From Amoebidium appalachense (taxonomy: Eukaryota; Protista; Ichthyosporea): a stretch of DNA of 64,000 nucleotides. The stretch spans positions 530,851 through 594,850 of the forward strand of contig CAVNZM010000003.1 in NCBI GenBank assembly GCA_963693365.1, read 5' to 3'. The notes under the pieces are model-generated. The model made no database searches. It saw only the letters and a list, made by a program, of their open reading frames with translations, and was not told the DNA's origin. Positions 1-15,463 of this stretch are shown piece after piece. The position numbers and the translations under genes are program-made. Each line of letters begins with the position of its first letter. Within the stretch, counting starts at the first letter, position 1.

Positions 1-263
1 CCTGAGACTGGTTCTCTTTGCCTCGAGTAAACAGCGTAAACCCCTCCTACATCTATCCCTTCCACCATACAACATTTTCTAGCCTGCCCCGCCCGTATGC
101 ATACCATGCAGATCTATTGTATGTGAGTCGTGACCCGCGGGCTCAGTCTGGTAACAATATGTGTGCAACGATAAAGGTTCCCGGCCAGGTATGTGGTTTA
201 TTTCCGCCGCTTATCGTAAGTGCACAAACAAGCAGCTTGCTTAGTGCATGATACGTGGGTTGA

Positions 264-344
264 GGGTCGGGGTGAGCATCTTTTGAGTCTGCAAGATTTG
301 TTGTGGGGTCGGGGTGAGCATGTTTGAGTCTGCAAGATGTGTTG
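264..344. repeat. Short tandem duplication, ~42-bp unit x2
   Basis: GGGTCGGGGTGAGCAT..TTTGAGTCTGCAAGAT.TGTTG starts at 264 and again at 306. Confidence 0.8.
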
Positions 345-919
345 AAGCCCATGACAAACACGTTTCACCAGGACGCAAAATCGTTCTCTTTAGCATGCAA
401 CACATGTACACGTGAACAAATCTTTCAAACGGCCTTGTTTTGATTTGACCGCTTTGCATTTGTTCTCTACACTTTGGGAGTCAACTCAATTCTATTATTC
501 TAACGTCAAGAATCATTATCGTTATGATTTAAACGCAAGTGAAAAGCAAGCTTCGAAGCCTTAAGCAACGACTCATGCCGACCTTTCTCGGCCTGTCTTT
601 GCTCTAACTATATTAGATGAGCTATCCGTTCTGTTAGGCATTTAGAGATAAACAACTCCATTATTAACCAACACCGTTGACCCTTATTTGTGCTCTTGTC
701 CCAAACCCAGCCGAAACCGAACTCGATCATCTAAGCCAGCCTCCACGCACCTTTTGCGGCTCTGGTGGTATACAGCACGAGAGTCTTCGAAGCGCGCCAC
801 TAATCTAGCTCTTTTGATAGAACAATATTAACAGGTAAGTAGTTGTGACAATTTTTCTGTGCCTCTCCTCGAAGTAAGCAGCAAACGACATTCCGAGCCG
901 GTAAAACTTTAACGCAAAC

Positions 920-1711
920 ATGCTACCACTGCTTCTGTTTCTCCTCCTTGTCGCAGCGCACACACCACCCTTTGCAACCGCATCAACCCAACCACAAAAC
1001 GATGTAACCACCAACTTTTACGCAAATGCACTCCTTTCACGCGTGCGGAGAGGGCAGCTTCCAGCACAATCCTTTCTTGTTTCCATGGGGTTCACATACA
1101 ACAAGAAATGGTTCCATTACTGTGGCGGAGTGCTCATCAAACCTCAATGGGTGCTAACGGCGGCACATTGTGTGGACCCAACTTCCATCAAAAAGGATTT
1201 CGTGAGGATAGGCGGGAGACTACTCGGAAACGCGGGCGAATTTGAACAATTCAGTGTGACGAAATTCATCATTCACCCCCAATACAGCCCAAAAACTGAG
1301 GTTAATGACGTTGCCCTGTTGATGTTGTCTCGAAAATCGTCAAGGAGACCGGCCGACATCAACCGGGTGGCGGGTTTGGATGACAACATGAGTGTGCAGA
1401 TGTTGGGTTGGGGAACGAGAGATGATAAGAATGTGGGGCCTAATCCCAATGGCGCTCTGGTAGGGGCATACGTCAAAACATCACGAAACGTGTGTGCAAA
1501 AGGTACTAGTACAAGCGTGTTGTGTGTTGCCGTTACACCCCCCCTTCAAACGAGTTGTCACGGGGATAGCGGAGGACCCCTCATGAGTAATGGGAAGGTG
1601 GTGGGGATAAGTATACGGGGGGCTGGGTGTGATAGTAAGAGGACGGTGGGTACTTATACGAGAATGGCCTCATTTGCGAAATGGATAGACGCAAACACTG
1701 GAACGAAGTGA
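920..1711 (+). CDS. Secreted S1A (trypsin/chymotrypsin-fold) serine protease, single exon, 263 aa
   Basis: Hydrophobic signal peptide MLPLLLFLLLVAA, HYCGGVLI, catalytic motifs TAAHC (His), NDVALL (Asp) and GDSGGPL (Ser), GWG motif, and C-terminal YTR...KWI. The ORF is uninterrupted. Confidence 0.95.
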   Translation: MLPLLLFLLLVAAHTPPFATASTQPQNDVTTNFYANALLSRVRRGQLPAQSFLVSMGFTYNKKWFHYCGGVLIKPQWVLTAAHCVDPTSIKKDFVRIGGRLLGNAGEFEQFSVTKFIIHPQYSPKTEVNDVALLMLSRKSSRRPADINRVAGLDDNMSVQMLGWGTRDDKNVGPNPNGALVGAYVKTSRNVCAKGTSTSVLCVAVTPPLQTSCHGDSGGPLMSNGKVVGISIRGAGCDSKRTVGTYTRMASFAKWIDANTGTK

Positions 1712-1914
1712 GGCCTGATGTTGTTGTGAGTGGATACTTTTGCGTTTTCAGGTGCTCTATGTCTTCGTGGTCTTCTCACCACCAGTAGATAGATCAGAAT
1801 ATAATTGGGATAACCTTTTAGTAGTTTTAAATTTTAATGCCCGTTTCCTAAGAACTTGTCTTTTTGTTAAACTATTGTTCGAGTTTTTTTTTTTTTTTTT
1901 TTTTTTTTTGTGGT

Positions 1915-1948
<34 letters not shown>

Positions 1949-2510
1949 GGGGGGGGGAGGGGAGGCGCCGGGGAGAGGAGGGGGGGGGAGGGGGGGGAGG
2001 GAGGGGGGGGGGGGGGGGTGCAAGAGATAATCAATGATAGTGTCCATGGTCCTTAGTTTTTTATCTTTAAGCGATATGTCTTTATTTAGAAGTATAATGC
2101 AGTACAATGCAGTACATTGTTAAATGATATACCCTGACTCACAAATATAATGCAACAGTAAGGCAGTACACAATGTAATACACCTTCGTATAATAACGTG
2201 TACACATTGTGTGCTGATAGATTACTTGGTATATTTGAATCTTTGTTTTTTCCCTACAGTGTTCTGTGTACTAGGCTACACAAAGTTTCTCAGTGAGACA
2301 TGTCGCAAACATCACATATTTCTGAAATCTGCGGCTTTCGAATGTGCACAAAGAGCCTTGCCTCCCGTCAATTTTCGCTCTCGCCGATCACTAAAATCCC
2401 CCCCCCCCCCCCCCCCCCCCCCCTCTCCCCCCGGCACACACACATACTGACACCAGCATATAAACACACACACGTGTGCGTGCGCACACATAACAGGCGT
2501 CAAATACGCG

Positions 2511-2559
<49 letters not shown>

Positions 2560-2855
2560 ACACATCAGCACACACACACACCGTGACACACACACACACA
2601 CCGTGACACACACACACACACACGGAGTGAGAGAGAGAGGGAGAGAGAGGGACGCACGCACACACACAGGCACACATGCGCACATAGGCACGTGCACGTG
2701 CACAGACACACACACACATACACACGCACACACACACACACACAAACACAAACACGAGCGAGTGCGCACACTCACTCACATACTCATACACACACACGCA
2801 TCAATCCACTCAACAAATCCCAAAGTACCCACGAGATTCACCCCAATCCTCCCGA

Positions 2856-2891
<36 letters not shown>

Positions 2892-3031
2892 TCCCACCCT
2901 GTCTTCGCACTCCCACTCCTTCCCGACAGAGTCCAATCCCAGTACAACCAATCGAAAGCAAGATAAGTTTGACGGTCGACAACGGTTTAACATTTCTCTT
3001 CTTTCCTTTTTTTTTTCTTTCTTTTTTTTTT

Positions 3032-3115
<84 letters not shown>

Positions 3116-3334
3116 GGGGGAGTCGGTATATCTGTTCATCGATAGCTAGGCACACAAAGCATAAATTTCAGCCTGTTTTTTTTCCGTATGCTGGCGGGGA
3201 ATGCGGGGAGGCTAGAAATCATAGACATTGTGTTGACGATTCCATCCATCCCCATTTAAAATTTTCGCTTAGAATTCTCCTTGGTGTCTTTTGTTTCGGA
3301 GGGAGCTGAACTCTTGGTACCGGATTAAGCTTAG

Positions 3335-3414
<80 letters not shown>

Positions 3415-3855
3415 GTGTATGTGTGTGTGTACGCGCGCGCAGGAGTGCATTGCGACTGTGTGCTGGTGCTTTTCTCGAACAATCAATGCATCTTAGATGA
3501 ACATCACATTCAACGGGATGCCTCAGTGTGAAATGCAAGGAATAAATCTTTTCTATCGCTAGCATTAAGTTTATTGTTAATTGTTTGGACTAAGAAGTTG
3601 TACAACGTGTGGGCCCATGTTCTGTGCGTGGCTTGGTTTCATAGGGTACATCAATCTACATTTGTGCGGTATTGACTCTGTATATGTTTGCTCACGTAAT
3701 ATGTTTGCACCATCGAACCGGATCTCACATTTTACTTATTGAAGGTGCACGTTATTGACAATAAAAACGTTTGCTGATTGGCCGATAATATTGTCAACTA
3801 GACGTTACGGGTTCTTGATTTTGCCGAGAACGTGGAGGAGGATAATAGTAACTTT

Positions 3856-3886
<31 letters not shown>

Positions 3887-4128
3887 GGCGCCCCCCTCCC
3901 CCCATCGGCCTCCGGCCCCCCCGCCTAGGAAAGGGATGGGGGGAGCCTCCGAGTCCCCCCCCCCTCCCCCCGGCTAGGAGAGGGAGGGGGGAGCCTCCGA
4001 GTTCCCCCCCCCTCCCCCCGGCTAGGGAGAGGGAGGGGGTCGAGGGAGGGGGGGAGACCCACGTGCACCCCCCCCCTAAAGACAGGTGGGCCCCCCCTGC
4101 CCCTCCCCCTCCCCCCCCCCCCCCCCCC

Positions 4129-4163
<35 letters not shown>

Positions 4164-4465
4164 CTCCGCCTCCCTCCCCCTCCCCTCCCGGATCATCAGT
4201 AGCAGAGGGAGGTTGGGGGGGAACCACCACCATCCCGTCCCAAAACGTAAGCCTTGAACTCGAAGCTTACTATAGCTAATGGGTCGCTGGAGTTTTTGAT
4301 CACTTGAAACTCAGGCTACACCGTGCGATTATGTTCGAGCTCTCTCCCCCCCCTCCCCCCTCCCCCTCCCCCCCCCCCCCCCCCACTCCTTCCCTCCCTA
4401 GCTCCCCCTCCTTCCTCCCTTTGCGAGCTTGGGGAGGACTTGTCTCCATTCTCCCCACCGCACGT

Positions 4466-4529
<64 letters not shown>

Positions 4530-4558
4530 GCACGCACGCACGCACGCACGCACACACG

Positions 4559-4601
<43 letters not shown>

Positions 4602-6383
4602 CACACGTACCTGCACATATGTACCACACACGCACACGAGGTGCACAAACCTGCGATGCGCACCCGACATGAACATGCAGATGCACTCACTCAAACGTTA
4701 ACCACACACACATGCATTGAAATTCCCGCCCACACCGTGACACGCACACGAACTCTGGGCGGTGAGCCCTATCACGTGCAGGGTAACTTGGCCCACAATA
4801 ATTCATAGCTTTTTAGTGGTAGTAGAACGTAACGAATACAGCCTTTGGTGAGATGTGTGTCTATCACGCGCAGACGGCGCGCGTGGTGGTGGTGGTGGTG
4901 GGGGAGGGGGGGGGGGGGAGAGGGAGGGGGGCAACCTACCACCTCAGCGGCCCAGGAGGACCCCTCGCCCCCTTCCCTCTGGACCCACGCCTGCCGATTC
5001 TTTAAAGAGGCGGGAAGGACCGCCTACCCCTCCCCCCTCCCCATGCCCCCTCTTCTCCACCCTGAAAACCAGGGTGTGTATACACTAATACTATGCCCTA
5101 GTTAACATATGCAGGCTAGGAGAAGCACGTAAGTATAGAGACAAGAAAGCGGGTGCTACAGCTAGTCTGACACCGCACGACTAGTGTAACGTTTACTCGG
5201 ACACACAGCCCCGCCCAAGTGACCCAAGTCTGGAATGTACCAGCCTTTTGTAGTCTTGGTTTCCGCCGGTCCGGAGAGCACTGCTCGCATACTTTTGTAA
5301 GGCGACAGCCAATAGGCATGTGGCCCTACTTAAAATATAGCACATGACATATACATGAGTACATGAGCTTCTCCTGGGTGATCATAATCTAGCTTCAAGT
5401 GATACTACAGTGCTACATGTGTATGTCTAGTGTCCAATAAAGTGTCTACGGCACACAGTGTGTGCCGTACACCTAAGATACATGCTGGCAAAGTGTTCAC
5501 CTTCTTTGCATCGCTCCTAACTGCATACTTAAGGTGCAGAGCAACTGCCCTAATAAGGAATACAGCTAAAAGTGATGCAGCCGATTGGTAGCTGCTTCCG
5601 AGGCTCTATTCCAGCCTCTGGCGGGAAGACACAAAGGCACGTAGACTGGTTGTGGGGGAACAGCACGGTGTGCATGTCAATGTACACAACCATGTCTACA
5701 ACCCTCACGCCCCTCCCCCTCCACCCCCCGTTCCCCATCCCCCCGGAGAGGGCGTGGGGAGTGCCACCAGAAGGACTCCGATATTTACTGGCTCCCCCCC
5801 CCCCCCCCCCCCCCCCCTCTCGCCCTCTTCCTCTCCCTCCCCTCCCTCAAGAATCCCCGGGTCCGCAATGATGTCTATGACAAAATTAAGTTTTGGTCAT
5901 ACCATTCCGTTTGCAATATACGGCAATAATGCTAACATGGTCATGACGGATAAGCCGTGATGAGAGAGACAGACAATTCACTGCCAGGTGTTAGGGTTAT
6001 TTCAAATTGTACATATCAAGTTATTTTTATCACTTCTAGTTGTTGCATTATATCTTATTGCCGCAGTTATAGATTTGGTGAATTGTTTTTGCAAAATTCT
6101 GATTGTAACCAAACACTTTCTCAGCTTAGAGCAGTCAAAAGAAACCCTGATGTTAAATTTTCGCGCGTTGCGGGGGTCGGGGAGGGGGGAGGGAGGGAGG
6201 GGAGACCTTGGAGGGGGGGGGGGGGAGGGGGGGGGGGGGGGGGGAGGGGAAGGGGGGACAAACCCATGAGTCAGACATGAACTGGGAGGAGGGCTGTGTG
6301 TGAGCTCTGTGTGTGTGTGTGCGGGCGTGCGTCGATATATTTTCTTTTCTTTTCTTTTCATTTTCATTTTCATTTTTTTTTTT

Positions 6384-6436
<53 letters not shown>

Positions 6437-6544
6437 AGGTAGCGAGATGGTAATTTCGACTATTTAGGAATGAGAGAGAGTTCACGACTGGTGGAAGGGA
6501 TGTGTATGAAAAGACGGAGTCGGAAGGGAAGCTTGACAAAAGCG

Positions 6545-7170
<626 letters not shown>

Positions 7171-7400
7171 AGTGTAACGCTGAGAGAAAAAGAAGAAATA
7201 GCGTCGCCGAGGATTGGGGAGAGGGAGGACGGGAAGAAAGAAGATAGGAGAGAGATACATATTATCCTTGTGACAGATATATATATAGAGAGAAAGAGAA
7301 CGGGGGGGGGGGGGGGGGGGAAGCCTCGGAGACAGAGAGCCTGGGGGAGGGGAGTGGGGGTTGGGCTGGAGAAAGAGCTAGAAAGAGAGATGAGGGGGTG

Positions 7401-7445
<45 letters not shown>

Positions 7446-9479
7446 GGCGAACGGTAGAGGGTTGGAACGAGAGAGGTTTACTCTTGTTACAGCCCTTCTA
7501 TCCCCGCAAACGCGTGCTCGCCGCGCACACCCTTGTCCTCGTCAGGCACCGTCGATGGGTGACAGGTCCACCTTGCACATGGTGGACCACTGTATTACAC
7601 TGATGTCGTATATACGTGCGTGACACACACGTGTGTTGGATCTAGATCTACAAATCTAGATGTCGACGACGTCGAGTCGACGGCGGCCCCAGGGTTTGCC
7701 TTACGAATCGTATTGGCCCAAAATACGATTTAGAAAACCCCGCAATATGATACAGTAACGATTAAAAAGGGGCATCCAATTAGTAAATACGACCCGGAAG
7801 GGTGTCAAAATGCTCGGACTTTGACTAAATATGATTAAGAACGCCAAACCCAGGCAACCCCTTACGTCGACACAGTATGAAGGGATATATTGTGACAGGA
7901 ATGTGGAGCATGTACATGTGGACAGGCGAAAAAAGACAATAACCGACATCAGGAGGAGGCCAGCAGGGGAGGCCTCGGACACGGTGAATTGATCAGAATG
8001 CATTGCACTCAGTTGAATTCGTGATACTTCTGTATGTTAATTAATGTGTATGAGTGAAAGTGTCCCACAATCACACGTACATTGTGTATTTGTACCAGGA
8101 GTCATAGGCAGAGACTGATCTGCCGCGGCGAGTCCGACCCGCCTGAGCCCACATTATGGCTAGCCGCTCCCCCTATACCATGCCGCTGATTACACTCGTA
8201 GAAATGCGTATATGTACGTATACTTTAGCAAGGTTGACCCAGGTATTAGAGCACAAGGGGTAAGGGGAACATAATGAAAAGGGAAAACTGATTATATAAA
8301 TCTATGGAAATGTAGAAATGTCAGTGTAGTGTCTGTATACTGTGCCATTCCGCACGTTGGCGTCTGTAAACTTGCAGCCGAAAAACCGGAAAGGACCAGA
8401 TCTTCACAGATTGATGGAATGTGGCTATCTATGCGACGGCTTCTTTCCATTCGCTGAAATACTTGATTGGATAAATGAATCTTTTTGCCATGCAAATGTT
8501 GTACGGCAATCTAATCTAAAAAAGAATGCACTTGATCTACCAGTGCAAAGCTCAGATCTAATATCTAAATTAGAGCTTGAGGGGCCAGGCCGCTGGGGCC
8601 AGCTATGTATGATCAAATATTAATATGGAACACATCTTATATTTATGCAAATGTAGACACAAGTAATATAATGCCTGAGTTGTCATACATATGCAAAGTT
8701 GTTCCGCCAGAATGTACTGCTTCTACCGGCCCACTCAGTGTACATCCGGACACCAAGTTGTACATTTACGTGACTGTGTGACAGGCTGCCATATGCATTG
8801 GCACGAGCTCTGATTTTTAGCGATGCCTCTATTCTGGACACGTCTGTAGACGTACTACAAACACATGCATATGAACATGTTGTAAGGTAATTAAATGTCC
8901 ATTTATGTCTCCATATTTACATGTATGTGTGCAAATATGCACATATGTATGTGACATGTGCACCTGTGTCATCAGTTCCCGGCTGCGAACATTAATATAG
9001 CCCATCCGTCGATTGGAACCCCTGGGAGGCCTGGGCCACCGAGCGGTTGCACAGTATCAGTTTATGCGACGGTCTGCCTATTATTTGTGGTCGCGTAGCT
9101 CATCCGGTAAATGAATAATATATTAACCAAGGCTCGTGATTCGGCGTGGGGGCACCTCGATTCACTGTTTAGTTAGGCATGAAAGGCCCCTATTAATTAG
9201 CTGTAATTGTCCACATAATAATTGAATAACACCGTAAGTTGGGATTCTAGGGCACATCAGCACGGGTTTTTGGGCTCTCGGATCCCGAATACATAAGCAT
9301 GTGAAGTGATGTGATGGGCTGCCTGTGCATTGCCGATCTTTGTCTCTTTCTGCATGATTGATCGTTTCTCTCTTGTATTAAAGAGACATCACTTCTCTGT
9401 TTCTGTCAGTTAGAGTCATGCTCTTAACTGTGTCAAAGCAATACTAAAAGTGATTGAGAAGTAAAGTTTTATTGCAACC

Positions 9480-10472
9480 ATGAAGAATACTTTGTTCCTG
9501 GGCTGGCTGGCCCTTCTCGGTGAGTTGGTCTTCTTGGTTTTGTCGATTTTATCCTGAAGTATTCATGTCGAAATGTGAATAATGAAGTACATATTAATAA
9601 TCCAAAACTTCCGGCACTTTTACCGGGCCAACAATTGGGGCCGTTTCACATGCATATTATACTCTCTCATTTTCATCCTCGTTTCAACGGTGTGCAACTG
9701 TTTCGAATTCGTTTTCGGTGTGCGTACGTATCCACTAATCACAGCCTGCTTACAATAGACAGCCACACATGTACATGACTATAAAACACATAAAAACCAA
9801 CACCCACGCGTTGATATAAGACTCGCAAAACAATGCCAATTTCACTATGCAGAACACCATCATGATTTACACAATAAACCCACACATCCTTTTCCACATC
9901 ACTTTCTAGTACTTACCAACAAACCCCGACCATTTCACAGGGTTTGCACTTGCCGCCCCCCAACCATCCACCGTTCAGTGGTACAACTGCCCCTCTGTGG
10001 CCGGCACCTACCGCAAGTGGTGTGAGGCCCAGCTGGACGTCTTGATGGCTCAAAAGGCGGACACTGTTGCGTGGCTGAAGAAGAATCCAAAGTGCAAGTC
10101 GTGTACTCTCACTGCCCCTGTACCCAACCCCCTCCGTTGCCTGTGTGGCCAGGTATCGTCTATTCGTCCCCCCCCCCCCCCTTCTCCGCCCCAAAAAGGC
10201 TTTTTCTCCCTCTCAAACCCCCACCACCCCCACCACCACTTCTTCGAGCCTCTTGACCCTCACTTCTCACTTAGTCATCTTTCACACTCATTTTATTTCG
10301 TTATGCCTTCGTTCACACTTCTCCTTCTTCTGTTTCCTTGTTGCTTCCCTCCCCGCTTCCAGCTGCAGCTCCTCTCTCTCCTCACCTTTCTTCCTTCGCT
10401 TTACCGTCCTATAATCAACAATACCACCACCCCTCCCCCTGCCCACCCACATATACACCCACCCACCCATAT

Positions 10473-10505
<33 letters not shown>

Positions 10506-10597
10506 ACCACAACACACACACACAGTATGCCTCTACCGGCCGTAGCACCCAGTGGACCGACAAGTACTGCCAAGCCATCTGCAACCAGGTGACCAAG

Positions 10598-10648
<51 letters not shown>

Positions 10649-12465
10649 CCGCGCTGCCTTTTTTCCTGACCCGTCTCCCTCCCTTATGATTACTGCCGCA
10701 AACCACATATATAAACCTTCTCTCCCCCCATCTTCCCGAACCAATGTGCCCCACCCGTGTCGCTCTTCCCGGAACCGAACTCAGAATTTCAAACCTTTCG
10801 GTAGCCCCCTCCCTTACCACAACCCTTCCATCCCCCCTCCCCCCTCTGAGACTCTCCTCCCCTCCCCCCCCCCCCTCCCCCTTCCACCCACCCACATAGG
10901 CACTCACACACAACCTTTCTCATCCCCCCCCCCCCCCCCCCCCCCAACACACATACACCCACACAGCCGGACGGAGACTACATCTGCCCCCCCCAGTACT
11001 GCAAATGCAACAACGCATGGCACGACGACAGCAACCAGCGATGTGAGGCCCTCTGGTATGATAGGTGGGGAAACAGCAAATTGGCCGGGTGGGATTTCAG
11101 CAGCTGTTCGAAATTCATTCCGAACCCTGGAACTACTACCGGAAATTCGGGAAATGTCGATTTCTGCGACAACACGTGCATGAATAACCCTGTTGATTGC
11201 ATCTGCTCTTTGTGCATCTGCAAGGATTTGTTTGACAAATATTGCAGTATGTGCAACCCTTCCTCCTCCCCCCCCCCCCCCCCCCCCCCCCCCCGGCCTC
11301 TCTCTTTTGCCTTTTTTCTTTCCAAATCGATCCAGTTATTCAACAGGCATCATCTTGATTCGTTATTTTCCTTGTTTATTTCTTTTTTTTTTGTTTATTT
11401 TTTTTTATTTTAAAAAAACCCCGTGCAAAGTATTGCAAAGGTTTCTGTTGCCGAACTAACATTGTTTATACACACGTAACACCCCTATTATTACTTGTAT
11501 ACACGTTGTTTATCTGTTTTCTGATTGGCTTCTTATCACAGCATGCGAGGACACCCAGATCGATGTCGTCATTCTGATCGACCGTAGTGGCTCTGTGGGC
11601 GGCCAACTCAATGATAGTAAGTGCATCCCCCCCCTCCCCCCCCCCCCCCCCGTCCACTGCCAAAAAAAAAAAACCCCCTTCCCTACCCCCCCCCTCCCTA
11701 CCCCCCCCCCCCCCCCAACCATCCCAAAAACGCACCCACACCCATCTCTCCCCATGCAACACTCCCTACCCCACCTAAACACCAACACACACCTCGCTCT
11801 CCCGGCTCCTCCGAAACCGCAGGGGAGTGCTTTCTACACGTGCGTGTACTTGCGCGCTTGCACGTGTGTCGGTTGATGTGTCGCACAGGAAAAGAACACC
11901 CCATGATGGCTTACAGATTTAAATTTTCTGCTCCATTCTTGTCATTGACACCTCTAAAGACACCGTGTGTGCGTGTCTCTCCTTTTATCCCCAACTCTTT
12001 GCCATCGTGCTAACCCCCCTCCCCCTCCCCCTCCCTCCCCCCCCCCCCCCCCCCCCCCCCTCCCCCCCAACACACACACACACACACATACACAGTGAAA
12101 TCCCTCTCCAAGCAAATGGTTGAAGAACTCAAGCCCAAGCCCAACGCCAAGAACATCGGTCTCGTGCAATTTGGAGACAACGCCGATAATTTGGTAGTTT
12201 TGGGGGATCCATCAGGTGATTATGCAAATGAAGCCGCCCTTAAAGCAGCCATCGACACTATTACGGTGGACGGTGGGACCAACATGCTGCAGGGATTCCA
12301 AAAGGCTCTGGGGCAACTCATTCCCGGTGGTGTCAAGTATCGGTAATGTGAACCTCCCCCTCTTTAACCCCCCCCCCCCCTTAAACCCCCCTCCCCCCCC
12401 TCCCCTCCTCCCCGTTAACCCTCCCCCCCCCCCCCCCGCCTCTTAAACCCCCCTCCCCCCCCTTT

Positions 12466-12503
<38 letters not shown>

Positions 12504-12803
12504 TTTGAACCATCCTCAACCCACCTCAATCCACCTCAACCCCCAACCCACCCAGCCTCAGCCCCCCCCCCCCCCCCCCCCTCCCCCCACCCTCTGCCCC
12601 TTCCCCCCTCAACCGCCCTAGATAACTCGAAAGTTACAACATAGGGGTTGAACAGAAATGCTAAGCCTAACCCTCCCCTTCCCCCGCCTCCCCTCCTCCC
12701 CCCTCCACCCTCCCCCTCCCCCTCCTCCTCCCCCTCCTCCCTTGCTCTTCTCTGAAACCCCCCCCCCCCCTCCCCTCCCCCTTCCCCTTCTTCCCACACC
12801 GTC

Positions 12804-12872
<69 letters not shown>

Positions 12873-13138
12873 ACCTTCACAGCCCCGGAGCCCCTGATTT
12901 CATTATCATCCTGACGGACGGCGAGCCCAACACCGGGGGGGACAAGACGGCTGTCCTAAACTACGTCAATACTGAAATCAAGCCTCAGGGAATTCAGATC
13001 GCAGCGATGGGGGTCGGATCGGTCGATATCACCTTCCTGAATAATCTGACGGGCGATCCGAGCCTCGTTTTTACGGCCGCAACCTTTGATGATATGAAAC
13101 AGTTTATTGATAAGATTGTGGGCGTGGTGTGCTCCTAG
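9480..13138 (+). CDS. Secreted protein with Cys-rich N-terminal modules and a C-terminal von Willebrand factor A (VWA) domain with intact MIDAS; ~390 aa, 7 exons
   Basis: Phase-consistent GT-AG exons 9480-9519, 9941-10152, 10526-10588, 10967-11246, 11542-11616, 12096-12342, 12883-13138. Signal peptide MKNTLFLGWLALLGFALA. VWA motifs DVVILIDRSGSV (DxSxS), IGLVQFG, GGTNM, IIILTDGEP, IAAMGVG. Flanking Cys pair C-EDTQID...VVCS-stop. Confidence 0.9.
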
Positions 13139-13784
13139 GCGGAGGTGGTTGTGGTGGGAGATACATAAGGATACATAAGGCGTGCAAAAACATTTATCGT
13201 GCGATTGGTTGAGATTTCTGAACTTGGGATTGTGTCTTTTGGATATGTATTAAGCTGGCGGATGTTCTATGGGACATTGTATAGGGTAGGTGGCTGCTCT
13301 ATGTATAGTGCAGGTGCAAGAGTCTATGTATAGTATATTCTATGTATAGTAGAAGTGATTACTCTATGCATAGTAAACTAGTATAGTACATTTGCATGCC
13401 AACTAATGCACCATGCCCACTACAGGTTAAATATCTGAAGACCTGGGCCGCATTAGATACTATAAATGATTAAAAGGATTTCAAAAAAAAAAAAAGAAGA
13501 AGAAGAAGAAAGGGAAGAAAGATGATTGTGGTATTATTGCACGCTGTAAAATATTGGACTATGTTGCCCGTTGTGCGTCGGCAAGGAAGAAAAGAATAAA
13601 GTTTTAATTTGTACCATCCCATGCCCATTTGCAATGTTTACTTAACGACATTGTTGTATGTCGGTGTCACCTGCTGTGTGTGCGTGTGTCACGTACATGT
13701 GTGTGCGCGCATTTGTGTGTATTATGTGTGTGCTTGTGCTTGTGATTTGTGGGTCGTGGTGTGTTTCCATGTGATATTTGAGCT

Positions 13785-13851
13785 TTTTGCCTCTCTACAT
13801 CCGCACATGTGAGTGTACCTGTGTCTGCAGTGTCTGTTCGAGTGTGAGTGT
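13785..13851 (+). repeat. Dispersed ~67-bp repeat, copy 1 (copy 2 at 18252-18318)
   Basis: TTTTGCCTCTCTACATCCGCACATGTGAGTGTACC.GTGTCTGCAGT.TCTGTTCGAGTGTGAGTGT occurs at both sites with 2 mismatches. Confidence 0.85.
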
Positions 13852-14050
13852 CGATGTTCGTTATATAACGGGGTTATCTGGTCGTGTGTGTGTCACGGTG
13901 GGTGTGTGCAGGTAGTGGGTGTTTCAGTGTGTACGTGTTTGGGGGAGGGCCTGGGGGGGGGGGGAGGGCGGGAATAGGTGGTGAACACTGTGTGCCTGTG
14001 TGCGTGTCTCTCTCTCTCCGTCTCTCTCCCCCTCTCTCTCCGTCTCTCCC

Positions 14051-14193
<143 letters not shown>

Positions 14194-14795
14194 CGCGCGC
14201 GCACGCACGCGTGTGTGTGCTTGTGCGCCTGCCAGGTTCCCCCCCCCACCCCCCCCACACACATTCAGTGCTTGTGTTTTGAACCCCACAACACTCTCTT
14301 TGATCTTTCCATCTATCCTCAAATACCCTCCTCCTCCCCCCCCCTCTCCCTCCCCCCCATCCCTCCCCTCCCCTCCCCCCGCACCCTGCCGATGTTACCG
14401 TCGGCTCGATCTGGAACTAGTCCGTAAGAATGAAAGTATTTATTGCATACCGTTCCGTTTGCCATACATGCCAATAGGACTAATATGGTTATGACGGATA
14501 TGGCGTGATGGAGAGATTCAGATATCTGAAGCAGATCGTTTTAGTTTTTGAATATATACCCCGCACGGGGAGTCGTGGGGGTGGTGGGAGGGGGGGGGAG
14601 TGGGGTAGAAGACCTACTAGGGAAGCATGATATCGACAGGGGGTCAGAAGACAGGGATCGAACAATGATGATGACGTTTGGTAGCTTGGGGGATGGGGCC
14701 GGAAACTACTATGTAGCTATAGTTTGATAATAATAATGGGGGTGTGTCTGTGCGGGTGTGTGTACGTTTTTTTTTTTTTGTTCGTTTTTTTCTTT

Positions 14796-14848
<53 letters not shown>

Positions 14849-15169
14849 CCAGAAAAGAGAGGGGAGACCATGAATTACTAACAGTAGCAGGGATGTGTAT
14901 GAAGAGAAGAGGTGGCGAGGAAAATCTAAAAGTGGGGCCGGGGGAGGGGGCGTGGGAGGAGTGGGGAGAGAAATGGAGGGGGGAGGCCGGGGGGTTGGGG
15001 AGGGGAGGTGTGGACAGAGCGAGATCTCTAGAGAGAGAGCGAGAGAGAAGAGGGGGGGAGGGGGGGGGGGGGGGGAGGGGGTAGAGAGAGGTTGAGTGAG
15101 AGAGAGAGAGAGAGAGGGGGGGGGGGGGGGGGGGGAGAAAGGGGGGATATATGATATCATGACATGCCA

Positions 15170-15463
<294 letters not shown>

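Noticed and set aside
3042-3114. Very long G homopolymers as functional G-quadruplex elements
   Set aside because: They are ubiquitous in the window and their lengths may be sequencing artefacts; there is no specific evidence of function.
7690-7863. Possible small hAT-like MITE (CAGGGTTTGCCT ... AGGCAACCCCT)
   Set aside because: Only an ~11-bp imperfect inverted match and no target-site duplication.
7701-8623. Short ORFs in the non-repetitive block between genes 1 and 2
   Set aside because: No recognisable domains or consistent splice chain; possibly decayed transposon or regulatory DNA.
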